In this document: positions 50,664 to 60,347 of the stretch, one piece after another
How the letters are laid out: each line of letters opens with the position of its first letter
Numbering within the stretch: position 1 is the stretch's first letter
Virus record (IMG/VR): IMGVR_UViG_3300023179_000077
Coordinates: 13,054 to 77,053 of that record
Source of the DNA: a virus
Length of the DNA stretch: 64,000 bases
Reading direction: 5' to 3' (one strand)
The notes under the pieces: generated by a model
What the model saw: only the letters and a program-made list of their open reading frames with translations
What the model was told of the DNA's origin: nothing
The model's database searches: none
Program-made: the position numbers and the translations under genes

Positions 50664-51005
50664 ATGGCTACATACACATCAAATCAATTATACGGCTCTG
50701 GTTCAATCGGAGAAAATTTATCAGGATTAAAAACATTTACGTTTTATAATGCTGATGCTTCAACTGGTTATTTTACTTTAGAGACTATAAGAAATGCTGA
50801 TGGATTTTACAATAGTGGTTCTAAAACTAACGCAGTAGGAACATGGGTTGTATCATCATCTATGGGATTTGTTTCATCATCTCATGTAGCTTCAGCTGTT
50901 ATTTCTCCAGGCACATCATCGCTTACATTTACACCAACAGTAGCTGTTACAGGTTCGACTTATTACTTAAGAGGAGCAGGGAATTTTACCTTGATCATAT
51001 CTTAA
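50664..51005 (+). CDS. Putative virion surface protein in the replication block
   Basis: 113 aa, Ser/Thr/Gly rich, with six [ST][GS]S motifs. Confidence 0.5.
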   Translation: MATYTSNQLYGSGSIGENLSGLKTFTFYNADASTGYFTLETIRNADGFYNSGSKTNAVGTWVVSSSMGFVSSSHVASAVISPGTSSLTFTPTVAVTGSTYYLRGAGNFTLIIS

Positions 51006-51007
51006 GT

Positions 51008-51038
51008 TTTGGTAGGCAATACAAATTTGTTATTTTTA
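51008..51038 (+). promoter_or_regulatory. Bacteroidota-type promoter before SSB
   Basis: TTTG-N19-TATTTTTA. Confidence 0.55.
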
Positions 51039-51057
51039 ATTCTAAATTATATTAGTT

Positions 51058-51882
51058 ATGGATATTAATCTTGCAAAGCAGAAGTTAGCCGCTGCTCAAA
51101 ATAAAGGGCAACAGAAGTACGAAAAAATTGATTACAGTAAAATTTTCTTCAAACCAAAACCAGGTAAGTACCAAGTACGTATTTTACCTAACAAGTACGA
51201 TAAGGCATGGCCTATTCGTGAAGTACGATTCCATTATGGATTCTCTAAAGGACCAATTGTAGCACTTACTAATTGGGGTGAAGCTGATCCTATTGTTGAT
51301 TTTGCAAAATCATTGCGCAAATCATCCGACAAGGAAGATTGGCAGTTGGCTAAAAAAGTTGAACCTAAATCTCGTTACTTTGCTGCTGTAGTAGTACGTG
51401 GTGAAGAGCATTTGGGTGCTCGTTTATGGGAATTTGGTAAGTTGACAAATGATCAACTCGTTGGTATTGCTGCCGATGATGATTATGGTGATTTTACCGA
51501 CATTACAGACGGCCGTGATTTTACAATCGAAGCAACTGAAGAAATAGTTGCTGGTAGAAAAGGTATTAAATGTGCATTGAGAGTTAAACCAAAAACATCT
51601 CCTATTTCTGAAGATGCAGCACTAGTAGAAAAAGTACTTAATGAACAGCCCGATATTCTTGGAATTAATCGTAAATACACTTATGATCAATTGAAAGATG
51701 TATTGGCTAAGTGGTTGAATCCTGAAGCAGAAGAAACAGCTACTGCAACTACTACTGCTGCTGTAACAGAAGAAGATGATTTCTTAACTGAAATGAATAA
51801 GCCCGTAGCGCCTGCTTATTCTTTGGAAACTAAAGCCAAAACAAGCAATGCAGATAAATTTAATGACCTTTTCAATGATTGA
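51058..51882 (+). CDS. Single-stranded DNA-binding protein (gp32-like)
   Basis: VRILP, LWEFGK and DITDGRDF motifs; acidic C-terminal tail FNDLFND. Confidence 0.85.
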   Translation: MDINLAKQKLAAAQNKGQQKYEKIDYSKIFFKPKPGKYQVRILPNKYDKAWPIREVRFHYGFSKGPIVALTNWGEADPIVDFAKSLRKSSDKEDWQLAKKVEPKSRYFAAVVVRGEEHLGARLWEFGKLTNDQLVGIAADDDYGDFTDITDGRDFTIEATEEIVAGRKGIKCALRVKPKTSPISEDAALVEKVLNEQPDILGINRKYTYDQLKDVLAKWLNPEAEETATATTTAAVTEEDDFLTEMNKPVAPAYSLETKAKTSNADKFNDLFND

Positions 51883-51924
51883 GTAAATTCCCGGAAAGAT
51901 TGATATTTATTATAAATAATAAAC

Positions 51925-52671
51925 ATGAATATCAATCTTTCCTCCCTTATAGGAATTTATAAAATTATTTCTCCCTCTAATAAAGTTTATATTGGACAAT
52001 CTATTAATATTAAAAACAGAAAAGAATCTTATAGAAGATTAGAGTGTAAAAGACAACCTAAATTATATAATTCTTTTCAAAAATATGGTTGGAAAAATCA
52101 TAAGTTTGAAATAATTGAAGAATGTTCTATTGAACAATTAAATGAACGTGAAATCTATTGGAAACAAATAGAATTAAATAAAGTTAATGAAGATTGGAGT
52201 AAAGTATTATTTTGTGGTTTATATGATAAATATGGAGGTCCTAAATCTGAATCTTGGAAATCTAACATAGGAAAATCAAATAGTAAACCTAAATCAGAAG
52301 AATTTAAAGAAAAAAATAGACAAGCTCATTTAGGTAAAAAACGTCCTACATATGTTGGAGAAAAAATAAGTAAATCTAATAAGGGACGTAAAAAAATATG
52401 GACTAAAATAAGAAAAGATATTGGAATTCCTAAATCTAACGAACATAAACAAAAAATGTCTTTAGCTAAAAAAAATAAACCATCAAATAATCCAAAAAAA
52501 TCTATATTACAATATGATTTACAATATAATTTTATTAAAGAATGGAATAGTGGATCAGAAATTAATAAAGAATTAAATATATCTCACGGTAATATAATTA
52601 AATGTTGTCAAGGATTAAAAAAACAAATTGGAGGATTTATTTGGAAATATAAAACAAACTCTGTAAATTAA
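51925..52671 (+). CDS. GIY-YIG homing endonuclease with NUMOD-type DNA-binding repeats
   Basis: GIYKI...KVYIGQS; C-terminal ILQYDL..NFIKEW...WKYK. Confidence 0.88.
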   Translation: MNINLSSLIGIYKIISPSNKVYIGQSINIKNRKESYRRLECKRQPKLYNSFQKYGWKNHKFEIIEECSIEQLNEREIYWKQIELNKVNEDWSKVLFCGLYDKYGGPKSESWKSNIGKSNSKPKSEEFKEKNRQAHLGKKRPTYVGEKISKSNKGRKKIWTKIRKDIGIPKSNEHKQKMSLAKKNKPSNNPKKSILQYDLQYNFIKEWNSGSEINKELNISHGNIIKCCQGLKKQIGGFIWKYKTNSVN

Positions 52672-52682
52672 AAAAAATAATT

Positions 52683-53789
52683 ATGGCACGAACAAAAGAT
52701 AATACTTTAACATCAATAGTGTCAGAATCACTTAAAAAATCATTTGACATTGACGCATTTAAAAAATCCAAGTTTCTAGATCAATCCTCTAAGTTTAAAA
52801 AACAAAAATGGATTCCATTCTCTCCAGCAGTGAAAGAAGCACTTTCAATTCCTGGAATTCCTATGGGTCATGTTTCTATTGCTAGAGGCGGTTCAGATAC
52901 AGGTAAAACTACGTTGATGATAGAAGTAGCAGTTGCTGCTCAAAAGATGGGCGTATTGCCCATCTTTATCATCACTGAGATGAAATGGGACTTCGCTCAC
53001 GCTCAAACAATGGGATTAGAGCTTGAATCTATACCTGATGAAGAAACAGGTGAAATAATGAATTATAAAGGTTTCTTCTTATATGTAGACCGAGCATCAC
53101 TCAATACCATTGAAGACGTAGCTGCATTTATTGCTGATATACTCGATGAACAAAAGAAAGGAAAACTACCTTATGATTTATTGTTCCTTTGGGACTCGGT
53201 AGGATCAATTCCATGTGAAATGAGTGTTAAGCAAGGTAATAACAACCCAATGTGGAATGCTGGAGCTATGGCTACTCAATTCGGTAACTTCATCAATCAG
53301 CAATTTCCATTATCACGCAAAGAAACATCAGCTTACACCAATACATTCTTTGTTATTAATAAAACAGGTGTTCAACCAGCATTAACTCCTATGTCTCAAC
53401 CTCGTATGACAAATAAAGGTGGTAATGCAATGTATTGGGATGCATCAATTGTAATTACATTTGGTAATGTAACTAATAGCGGTACAAGTAAGATTCATGC
53501 TCAACATAAGGGTAAAAAAGTTGAGTTTGCTAAACGTACTAAAATAGCAATTGATAAGATTCATGCTGATTGTGGAGTAGCAACTACATCTACTGTAATT
53601 GTAACACCACATGGATTTATTCCTGATGATAAGGATGAAGAAAAAGCATATAAAGCCGCTCATGCATCTGAATGGTTTGGAACTAATATTAATATAGATG
53701 AAATCCAAATTACAGAAGATAACAGCGAATGGGAGGAGAGTAGCAAAATATCACCTATTGTAGAAATAGATAATGATGAAGTAAACTAA
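52683..53789 (+). CDS. RecA/UvsX-like recombinase
   Basis: GIPMG, GGSDTGKT, WDSVGS and GGNAM motifs. Confidence 0.85.
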   Translation: MARTKDNTLTSIVSESLKKSFDIDAFKKSKFLDQSSKFKKQKWIPFSPAVKEALSIPGIPMGHVSIARGGSDTGKTTLMIEVAVAAQKMGVLPIFIITEMKWDFAHAQTMGLELESIPDEETGEIMNYKGFFLYVDRASLNTIEDVAAFIADILDEQKKGKLPYDLLFLWDSVGSIPCEMSVKQGNNNPMWNAGAMATQFGNFINQQFPLSRKETSAYTNTFFVINKTGVQPALTPMSQPRMTNKGGNAMYWDASIVITFGNVTNSGTSKIHAQHKGKKVEFAKRTKIAIDKIHADCGVATTSTVIVTPHGFIPDDKDEEKAYKAAHASEWFGTNINIDEIQITEDNSEWEESSKISPIVEIDNDEVN

Positions 53790-53791
53790 AT

Positions 53792-54817
53792 ATGAATAAA
53801 AAATATCATGAACTCTTATCCAATATACAACCAGATATACGAAAAGAATTCAATTCAATTTTAATAGTAGACGCACTTAATACGTTTTTAAGGAATTTTA
53901 CTATGATTAACCACATAAATCCTGACGGGCACCATATTGGTGCCCTCACAGGATTTCTAAAATCAGTAGGTTATGCTATTCGTATGTGTGATCCTACTAA
54001 AGTAGTTATCGTATTTGATGGTGTTGGAAGTTCAAACGCAAGACGAAATTTATTTCCTGAGTATAAAGCAAATAGAAATGCTAATCGCATGACTAACTAC
54101 TCTATATTTACTTCTAAAGAAGAAGAAACAGAGAGTATTAATAATCAAATGGAGCGTTTAATCCAATACTTAAAATGTTTACCAGTTACTATTATTAGTA
54201 TTGATAGTTTAGAAGCAGACGATATTATTGGTTATTTATCTTCACGATTTGCTGGATATGAAGAAACTCAAAGAGTAACTATTATGTCTGCTGATAAAGA
54301 CTTTCTTCAATTAGTAAGTGATAAAACACACGTTTATTCTCCAACTAAAAAGAAAATATACACTCCAAAAGATGTATTAGAAGAATATGGTGTTAGCAGT
54401 ACTAACTTTATTAACTATAAAGTATTATTAGGAGATCAATCAGATAATATACCCGGGATAGAGGGTATTGGGCCAAAAAAACTTATTAAATTATTCCCTG
54501 AACTAATAAACGATTATAGAGTTACTCTAGAGAATATAATAGAAAAATCAGCTGAACTAATTAATGAAAATAAATTATATTTGTCTGTTATAGAAAGAAG
54601 ACAGCAACTATTAATTAATGAAAAACTGATGTCTTTGGATGGAAGTTTCTTATCGCCGGAGAATAAACAATTAGTGAAAGACGCTTTTAATAGTTCTTAT
54701 GAGTTGAATATACCTATATTTGTTCAAATGTATCATAATGATAAATTAGGAGAAAGTATTCCTAATGTACAGTCATGGATCTTACAACTGTTTGGTTATC
54801 TAAATTCTTTCAAATAA
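53792..54817 (+). CDS. 5'-3' exonuclease/flap endonuclease (T4 RNase H-like)
   Basis: VFDG, YKANR, EADD, SADKDFLQL and GDQSDNIPGI.GIG.K motifs. Confidence 0.93.
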   Translation: MNKKYHELLSNIQPDIRKEFNSILIVDALNTFLRNFTMINHINPDGHHIGALTGFLKSVGYAIRMCDPTKVVIVFDGVGSSNARRNLFPEYKANRNANRMTNYSIFTSKEEETESINNQMERLIQYLKCLPVTIISIDSLEADDIIGYLSSRFAGYEETQRVTIMSADKDFLQLVSDKTHVYSPTKKKIYTPKDVLEEYGVSSTNFINYKVLLGDQSDNIPGIEGIGPKKLIKLFPELINDYRVTLENIIEKSAELINENKLYLSVIERRQQLLINEKLMSLDGSFLSPENKQLVKDAFNSSYELNIPIFVQMYHNDKLGESIPNVQSWILQLFGYLNSFK

Positions 54818-54826
54818 ATTTAAGTT

Positions 54827-56197
54827 ATGACGACCTTAAATAAACTAGCAACGTATGGCGCTGTATTTCAATTAAAAGTATTAGGTGCTCTACTCACACA
54901 ACGACAATTCTTACTTAATGTTATTGATTCGCTTGATTCTGATTATTTTGAATCAAGCGCTCATAAGTGGATTATAGAATATATTCAAAAATACTTTAGT
55001 GAATACCACACTACACCTACAGTAGAAACAATGTCTATTGAAGTGAAAAAAATTGATAATGAAGTATTAAGAATATCAATTACAGAAGCACTTAGAGAAG
55101 CATATAAACTATCAGATCAGAGTGATTTAGAATGGGTTGAAACTGAATTTAGTACTTTCTGTCGCAACCAACAAGTAAAAAAAGCAATTTTAAATTCAGT
55201 TAGTTTACTCGAAGTAAACGATTTTGACAGTATATTTCAATTAATTAGTAAAGCAGTTAAAGCAGGTGAAGATAAGACAGTAGGTCTAGATTATAATTTA
55301 GATATTGAAGCACGATATAGAGAAGATGATCGCAACTGTATTCCATTTCCTTGGTCTACGTTTAATGATTTAACACAAGGTGGCTATGGTAAAGGTGATT
55401 TAGTACTTGTATTTGGTAATCCGGGTGGTGGTAAATCATGGGCTGTAACAGCAATGGGTGCTTATGCTGCTGCTTTAGGATTTAATGTAGTACATTATTC
55501 ACTCGAATTGGGTGAAGGATATGTAGGTAAAAGATACGATGCTGTATTTTCTAGTATTGAAGTAGATAAATTACATTTACATCGTAAAGAAGTAGATGAA
55601 ATAGTAGGTAAAGTAAAGGGTAAAGTAATTATTAAAGAATACCCACCTAAAAGAGCATCATTCGATACTATCGAATCACATCTTCAACAGCTTGAACATC
55701 AAAATAATTTCAAACCAGACTTAATCATTATTGATTATCTTGATTATATGCGCACACGCTCAAGAAAAGATCGTAAAGAAGAAATCGATGATGTTTATAT
55801 AGCTGCTAAATCATTTGCTAAAGAAAAAGGTATTCCTGTTGTATCACCTTCACAAGCAAATAGAGGTGCTGCAAAATCTGATATTATTGAAGGTGATAAT
55901 GCAGCAGGTTCATATGAAAAAATAATGATTGGTGATATTATTTTATCTTTAGCACGTAAACGTAAAGATAAAGTTGAAGGTACTGGCAGATGGCATATTA
56001 TGAAAAATAGATATGGCGCTGATGGTATGACATTTAGATCAAAAATTAATACATCAAACGGTTTTATTGAAGTAGATGATAACCCAATTGACGATGATGA
56101 AATAGAAACAAGCAATAAAACAGTAAATAATTTTTCAGATGTTGATGTTGAAGAAAGACAAATACTTCAAAAGAAATTTTTTAAGCTTGAACAATAG
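54827..56197 (+). CDS. Replicative DnaB-like helicase
   Basis: GNPGGGKS, SLEL, IIIDYLD, SQANR and MKNRYG motifs. Confidence 0.92.
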   Translation: MTTLNKLATYGAVFQLKVLGALLTQRQFLLNVIDSLDSDYFESSAHKWIIEYIQKYFSEYHTTPTVETMSIEVKKIDNEVLRISITEALREAYKLSDQSDLEWVETEFSTFCRNQQVKKAILNSVSLLEVNDFDSIFQLISKAVKAGEDKTVGLDYNLDIEARYREDDRNCIPFPWSTFNDLTQGGYGKGDLVLVFGNPGGGKSWAVTAMGAYAAALGFNVVHYSLELGEGYVGKRYDAVFSSIEVDKLHLHRKEVDEIVGKVKGKVIIKEYPPKRASFDTIESHLQQLEHQNNFKPDLIIIDYLDYMRTRSRKDRKEEIDDVYIAAKSFAKEKGIPVVSPSQANRGAAKSDIIEGDNAAGSYEKIMIGDIILSLARKRKDKVEGTGRWHIMKNRYGADGMTFRSKINTSNGFIEVDDNPIDDDEIETSNKTVNNFSDVDVEERQILQKKFFKLEQ

Positions 56198-56220
56198 TAT
56201 TATATTTATCGCCCCAAAAT

Positions 56221-56250
56221 AAAAATAAATTATGGTTGGTGTGCCCCTTG
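56221..56250 (+). pseudogene. Relic 5' fragment of a thioredoxin gene
   Basis: AAAAATAAATTATG identical to 56919-56932, followed by TGG TGT GCC CCT TG (W-C-A-P-C/W). Confidence 0.5.
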
Positions 56251-56280
56251 GATTTTAATATATTTATTAGAAATAACAAT

Positions 56281-56916
56281 ATGGCTTATCTTTATAGACA
56301 TGTTCGTTTAGATAAAAACGAACCGTTTTATATAGGAATTGGATCTGATAATAATTATGAAAGATCTAATTCACATAAGTATAGAAATAGATATTGGGAA
56401 AATATAGTAGCTCAAACTTTATATGAAGTTGAAATATTATTAGATAATTTAACTTGGGATGAAGCGTGTAATAAAGAGATTGAATTTATTAATTTATATG
56501 GTAGAGCAGATTTAAATAAAGGCCCATTAGTAAATATGACAGATGGAGGAGAAGGAAATAATAACCCATCAGAAATAACTAGAATGTTAATAAGTAATAA
56601 GATAAAAACTAATAAAGAACGAGGTAAAAAGATATCTACTTCTAATAAAGGTAGATCAAGTTCTAACAAAGGTAAATCATTTACTGAAGAACATAAAGCT
56701 AAAATAAAAGCTAAACGAGGACATCTATTAGGAAGAAAAAATACATGGCAAATAAAACCTGTATTACAATATGATAAACAGGGTAATTTTATTAAAGAAT
56801 GGGAATCACAAGCTGTAGCTCAATCTTATTTTAATAAACCTAAAAGCGATGGTATTGGAGCAGTTTGTAGAGGTAATCAAAAAACAGCTTATGGGTTTAT
56901 TTGGAAATTTAAATAA
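56281..56916 (+). CDS. GIY-YIG-like homing endonuclease (start moved to ATG 56281)
   Basis: YLYRH...FYIGIG, E...I..YGR...G.L.N.TDGGEG, NUMOD3/NUMOD1-like C-terminus. Confidence 0.82.
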   Translation: MAYLYRHVRLDKNEPFYIGIGSDNNYERSNSHKYRNRYWENIVAQTLYEVEILLDNLTWDEACNKEIEFINLYGRADLNKGPLVNMTDGGEGNNNPSEITRMLISNKIKTNKERGKKISTSNKGRSSSNKGKSFTEEHKAKIKAKRGHLLGRKNTWQIKPVLQYDKQGNFIKEWESQAVAQSYFNKPKSDGIGAVCRGNQKTAYGFIWKFK

Positions 56917-56929
56917 TAAAAAATAAATT

Positions 56930-57190
56930 ATGATAATAATAAAAAAATTCTTTGCAAAGTGGTGTCAACCATGTCGCCAATTAGCTCCTTTATTTACTGA
57001 AATAGAAAAATCATTTCCAAATGTTTCATTTGAAACTATTGATGTAGATTTATCACCTGAAGAAGTACAAAATCATTTTGTAACTAGTGTACCAACAGTT
57101 ATAATTTTTAAAGATGGTGTTGCTAAACATCGATATGTAGGAATACAACCAAAATCTATGTACATAGATACTATCAATTCGCTTATTTAA
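56930..57190 (+). CDS. Thioredoxin
   Basis: FFAKWCQPC active site and VPT cis-Pro motif. Confidence 0.93.
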   Translation: MIIIKKFFAKWCQPCRQLAPLFTEIEKSFPNVSFETIDVDLSPEEVQNHFVTSVPTVIIFKDGVAKHRYVGIQPKSMYIDTINSLI

Positions 57191-57209
57191 GATTTAAAAT
57201 AGATATAAA

Positions 57210-59060
57210 ATGGACGTAACACAAGAGATCCTTAGTGATATTACTACTTATATGAAATATAGTAAGTATGTACCTGAGAAGCAGAGAAGAGAGACATGGA
57301 ACGAGTTAGTAACTCGAAATAAAGAAATGCACCAAGAAAAATTCCCTCAATTAAAAAATGAAATCGAAGAAGCTTATAAGTTAGTCTATGCTAAAAAAGT
57401 ATTACCATCAATGCGTTCACTACAATTCTCAGGCCGTCCCATTGAACTTAATAATACTCGTATATTTAACTGTTCTTTTCTTCCTATTGATGATTGGAGA
57501 TCATTTAGCGAAATAATGTTTTTACTTTTAAGTGGATGTGGAGTAGGATATAGTGTTCAGAACCATCATATAGATAAATTACCTGAAATCACTGTTCCTG
57601 TTAAAACAAAGCGTTACTTAGTAGGTGATAGTATTGAAGGATGGGCTGATGCTGTTCGTATGCTTTGTAAAGCATATTTTCAAGGAGCACCACTTCCATT
57701 ATTTGATTTTAGAGATATTCGCCCTAAAGGAGCTCAATTGATTACTGTAGGGGGTAAAGCACCTGGTCCTGAACCATTAAAAGAATGCTTATTTAACTTA
57801 CAAAAAGTATTTGAACGTAAACAAAATGGTGATAGATTATCATCAATTGAAGCACACGATATGGCTTGCCATATTGCAGATGCAGTATTAAGTGGTGGTA
57901 TTAGAAGAGCAGCATTAATTTCATTATTTGATTTAGATGATGAAGAAATGTTGACATGTAAGTTTGGTAATTGGTGGGAAGAAAACCCACAACGTGGTCG
58001 TGCTAATAACTCTGCTGTTGTATTACGCCATAAAATAGACGAAGAAGAATTCTTTAAATTATGGAAAAAAATTGAAAAGAGTGGTAGCGGTGAACCTGGT
58101 ATTTACTTTAGCAATGATAAAGATTGGGGTACTAATCCATGCTGTGAAATTGCTTTACGCTCGTATCAATTCTGTAATTTATGTGAGATAAACGCATCTA
58201 ATGTTGAATCACAAGAAGATTTAAATGAACGTGTTAAAGTAGCATCTTTTATTGGTACTTTACAAGCATCATATACTAACTTTCACTATTTGAGAGATAT
58301 ATGGCAGAAAACAACTGAAAAAGATGCTTTACTTGGTGTTGGAATGACTGGTATTGGTTCTGGAGCTGTATTAAAATACAACTTAAAAGAAGCAGCAGAT
58401 GTAGCTAAAGAAGAAAACGAACGAGTAGCTGAATTGATTGGTATTAATAAAGCAGCCCGTGTAACTACAGTTAAACCATCAGGTACTAGCTCATTAGTAT
58501 TAGGTAGTAGTAGTGGTATTCATAGTTGGCATGATAAATTCTATATTAGAAGAATTCGTGTAGGTAAAAATGAAGCAATTTATACTCATTTATCTATTTA
58601 CCATCCTGAATTACTAGAAGACGATTTCTTTAAACCAACAATTCAGGCTATTATTTCTATTCCTCAAAAAGCACCAGAAGGAGCTATAATTAGAAGTGAA
58701 GAAACTGCGATTGATTTACTAGAACGTGTTAAACATTTTAATACAGAATGGGTAAGAAAAGGTCATCGTAAAGGAGCTAATACTAATAATGTATCTGCTA
58801 CTGTTTCTATTAGAAATGAAGAATGGAAAGAAGTGGGAGAATGGATGTGGAATAATAGAAATACATTTAATGGATTATCAGTATTGCCTTTTTCAGATCA
58901 TACATACACACAAGCACCTTTTGAAACCATAACTGAAGAACAATTCAATGAAATGGCATCCCACTTGCATGCTGTAGACTTAACTAAAGTAGTTGAATTT
59001 GATGATAATACAGTATTAGGTGAAAATCTTGCTTGTGCTGGGAATAACTGTGAAGTATAA
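57210..59060 (+). CDS. nrdJ: Class II (adenosylcobalamin) ribonucleotide reductase
   Basis: RETW, FNC, GGIRRAA, TNPCCEI, KPSGT and C-terminal CAGNNC; no small subunit gene adjacent. Confidence 0.9.
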   Translation: MDVTQEILSDITTYMKYSKYVPEKQRRETWNELVTRNKEMHQEKFPQLKNEIEEAYKLVYAKKVLPSMRSLQFSGRPIELNNTRIFNCSFLPIDDWRSFSEIMFLLLSGCGVGYSVQNHHIDKLPEITVPVKTKRYLVGDSIEGWADAVRMLCKAYFQGAPLPLFDFRDIRPKGAQLITVGGKAPGPEPLKECLFNLQKVFERKQNGDRLSSIEAHDMACHIADAVLSGGIRRAALISLFDLDDEEMLTCKFGNWWEENPQRGRANNSAVVLRHKIDEEEFFKLWKKIEKSGSGEPGIYFSNDKDWGTNPCCEIALRSYQFCNLCEINASNVESQEDLNERVKVASFIGTLQASYTNFHYLRDIWQKTTEKDALLGVGMTGIGSGAVLKYNLKEAADVAKEENERVAELIGINKAARVTTVKPSGTSSLVLGSSSGIHSWHDKFYIRRIRVGKNEAIYTHLSIYHPELLEDDFFKPTIQAIISIPQKAPEGAIIRSEETAIDLLERVKHFNTEWVRKGHRKGANTNNVSATVSIRNEEWKEVGEWMWNNRNTFNGLSVLPFSDHTYTQAPFETITEEQFNEMASHLHAVDLTKVVEFDDNTVLGENLACAGNNCEV

Positions 59061-59061
59061 T

Positions 59062-59087
59062 AAAAAGGACCCTCAATTGAGGGTCCT
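59062..59087. terminator. Perfect 22-bp palindrome after nrdJ
   Basis: AGGACCCTCAATTGAGGGTCCT preceded by an A-tract, so the U-tract is on the minus strand. Confidence 0.6.
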
Positions 59088-59120
59088 AATATTTATTATT
59101 GACTAAAACAACAAATATCG

Positions 59121-59708
59121 ATGATAAATACATACTATATTTACTTTCATCGCAACTCAATAACAAAAGAAATATTTTATGTTGGGTTAGGATTAGGTAG
59201 AAGAGCTTGGGATAAAGATCGTGGACGTAATAAACACTGGATAAATTATGTTAAAAAACATGGTAATCCTACTGTTGAAATAATCCATAAAAATTTAACA
59301 TTAGAACAAGCATCAAATAAAGAACAGTACTATATTGGATTATATGGAAGAATAGGATATGAAGAAAAAGGTATATTAACTAATAAAAGTAAAGGTGGAG
59401 AAAGTGGTTCAAAAGGTATAAAATGGTCTGAACAATCTATTAAAAATAGAAATAAAAAACTAAAAGGTAGAACATTTACTCCTGAACATAACTTTAAAAT
59501 ATCCTTATCAAAACAAAATCATCCATCATATCAAAATAGAAAAAGCAATAAACCTATTTATCAAAAAGATTTAGAAGGAAATATTGTTAGTGAATGGAAT
59601 ACAATTAAAGAAGCATCTATTTCTTTACAATTAAGTGAGATGTATATCATCCAATGTTGCAAAGGTAAAAGAGAACAATATAAAAATTATAAATGGGAAT
59701 ATAAATGA
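59121..59708 (+). CDS. GIY-YIG-like homing endonuclease
   Basis: YYIYFH...FYVGLG, L.NKSKGGE, NUMOD1-like C-terminus. Confidence 0.82.
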   Translation: MINTYYIYFHRNSITKEIFYVGLGLGRRAWDKDRGRNKHWINYVKKHGNPTVEIIHKNLTLEQASNKEQYYIGLYGRIGYEEKGILTNKSKGGESGSKGIKWSEQSIKNRNKKLKGRTFTPEHNFKISLSKQNHPSYQNRKSNKPIYQKDLEGNIVSEWNTIKEASISLQLSEMYIIQCCKGKREQYKNYKWEYK

Positions 59709-60148
59709 TAAAACTAATAGATATATTAAACGAAGCAAAACAAGTAGGTACATTATATCATTTTACTGATACTAATGGTTTACTTGGAATTTTAAAAACT
59801 AATGAATTATGGGCTAGTGAAACTAATGTTAGTCATGTATCTCTTACTAGAGATAAACAAGGATGGCATGTTGGAACGTTAGATAATGCTTTTAGAATAA
59901 GTCTAGATGGAGATAAAATATCTAACAAATATAAAATTAGACCATATTCTTGGGGTGGAGACGGTATAGACAGAGGAGCAGGATCTACAGAAAGTGAAGA
60001 AGCTGTTTTAACAGACAAAATTGTTAATATAAGAGATTATATAATAGAAATAAGTGCCAATAAAGAACTATATAATAAATCATATGGATATGATATAGAT
60101 GACTTAAATCAAATAAAACAATTATATCCTGATTTAAAAATAGTATAA
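59705..60148 (+). CDS. Putative ADP-ribosyltransferase-fold protein with capsid-targeting-like leader
   Basis: MIKLIDILNE leader; LYHFT...IL....L...VSLTR...ESEE pattern. Confidence 0.5.
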   Translation: MIKLIDILNEAKQVGTLYHFTDTNGLLGILKTNELWASETNVSHVSLTRDKQGWHVGTLDNAFRISLDGDKISNKYKIRPYSWGGDGIDRGAGSTESEEAVLTDKIVNIRDYIIEISANKELYNKSYGYDIDDLNQIKQLYPDLKIV

Positions 60149-60149
60149 T

Positions 60150-60347
60150 ATGACTGAATTTATAAAAAACATTCATTACTATATGGATGATACGAGGGTA
60201 GTATTTACTGCCCTCTATCATATCGAACGAGGATATTGTTGTGGAAATAAGTGTAAACATTGCCCATATACTCCAAAACATAAAAAAGAAAGTAAAACTT
60301 TGGCAAAGGAATTTATTAACTTAAATCCAGAATATAAAGATAAATGA
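60150..60347 (+). CDS. Cys-rich small protein (DUF5522-like)
   Basis: VFT..YH..RGYCCGNKCKHCPY motif. Confidence 0.7.
   Translation: MTEFIKNIHYYMDDTRVVFTALYHIERGYCCGNKCKHCPYTPKHKKESKTLAKEFINLNPEYKDK

Noticed and set aside
60299-60324. Third Bacteroidota-type promoter
   Set aside because: The spacer is only 14 bp and the -7 box is a poor match.
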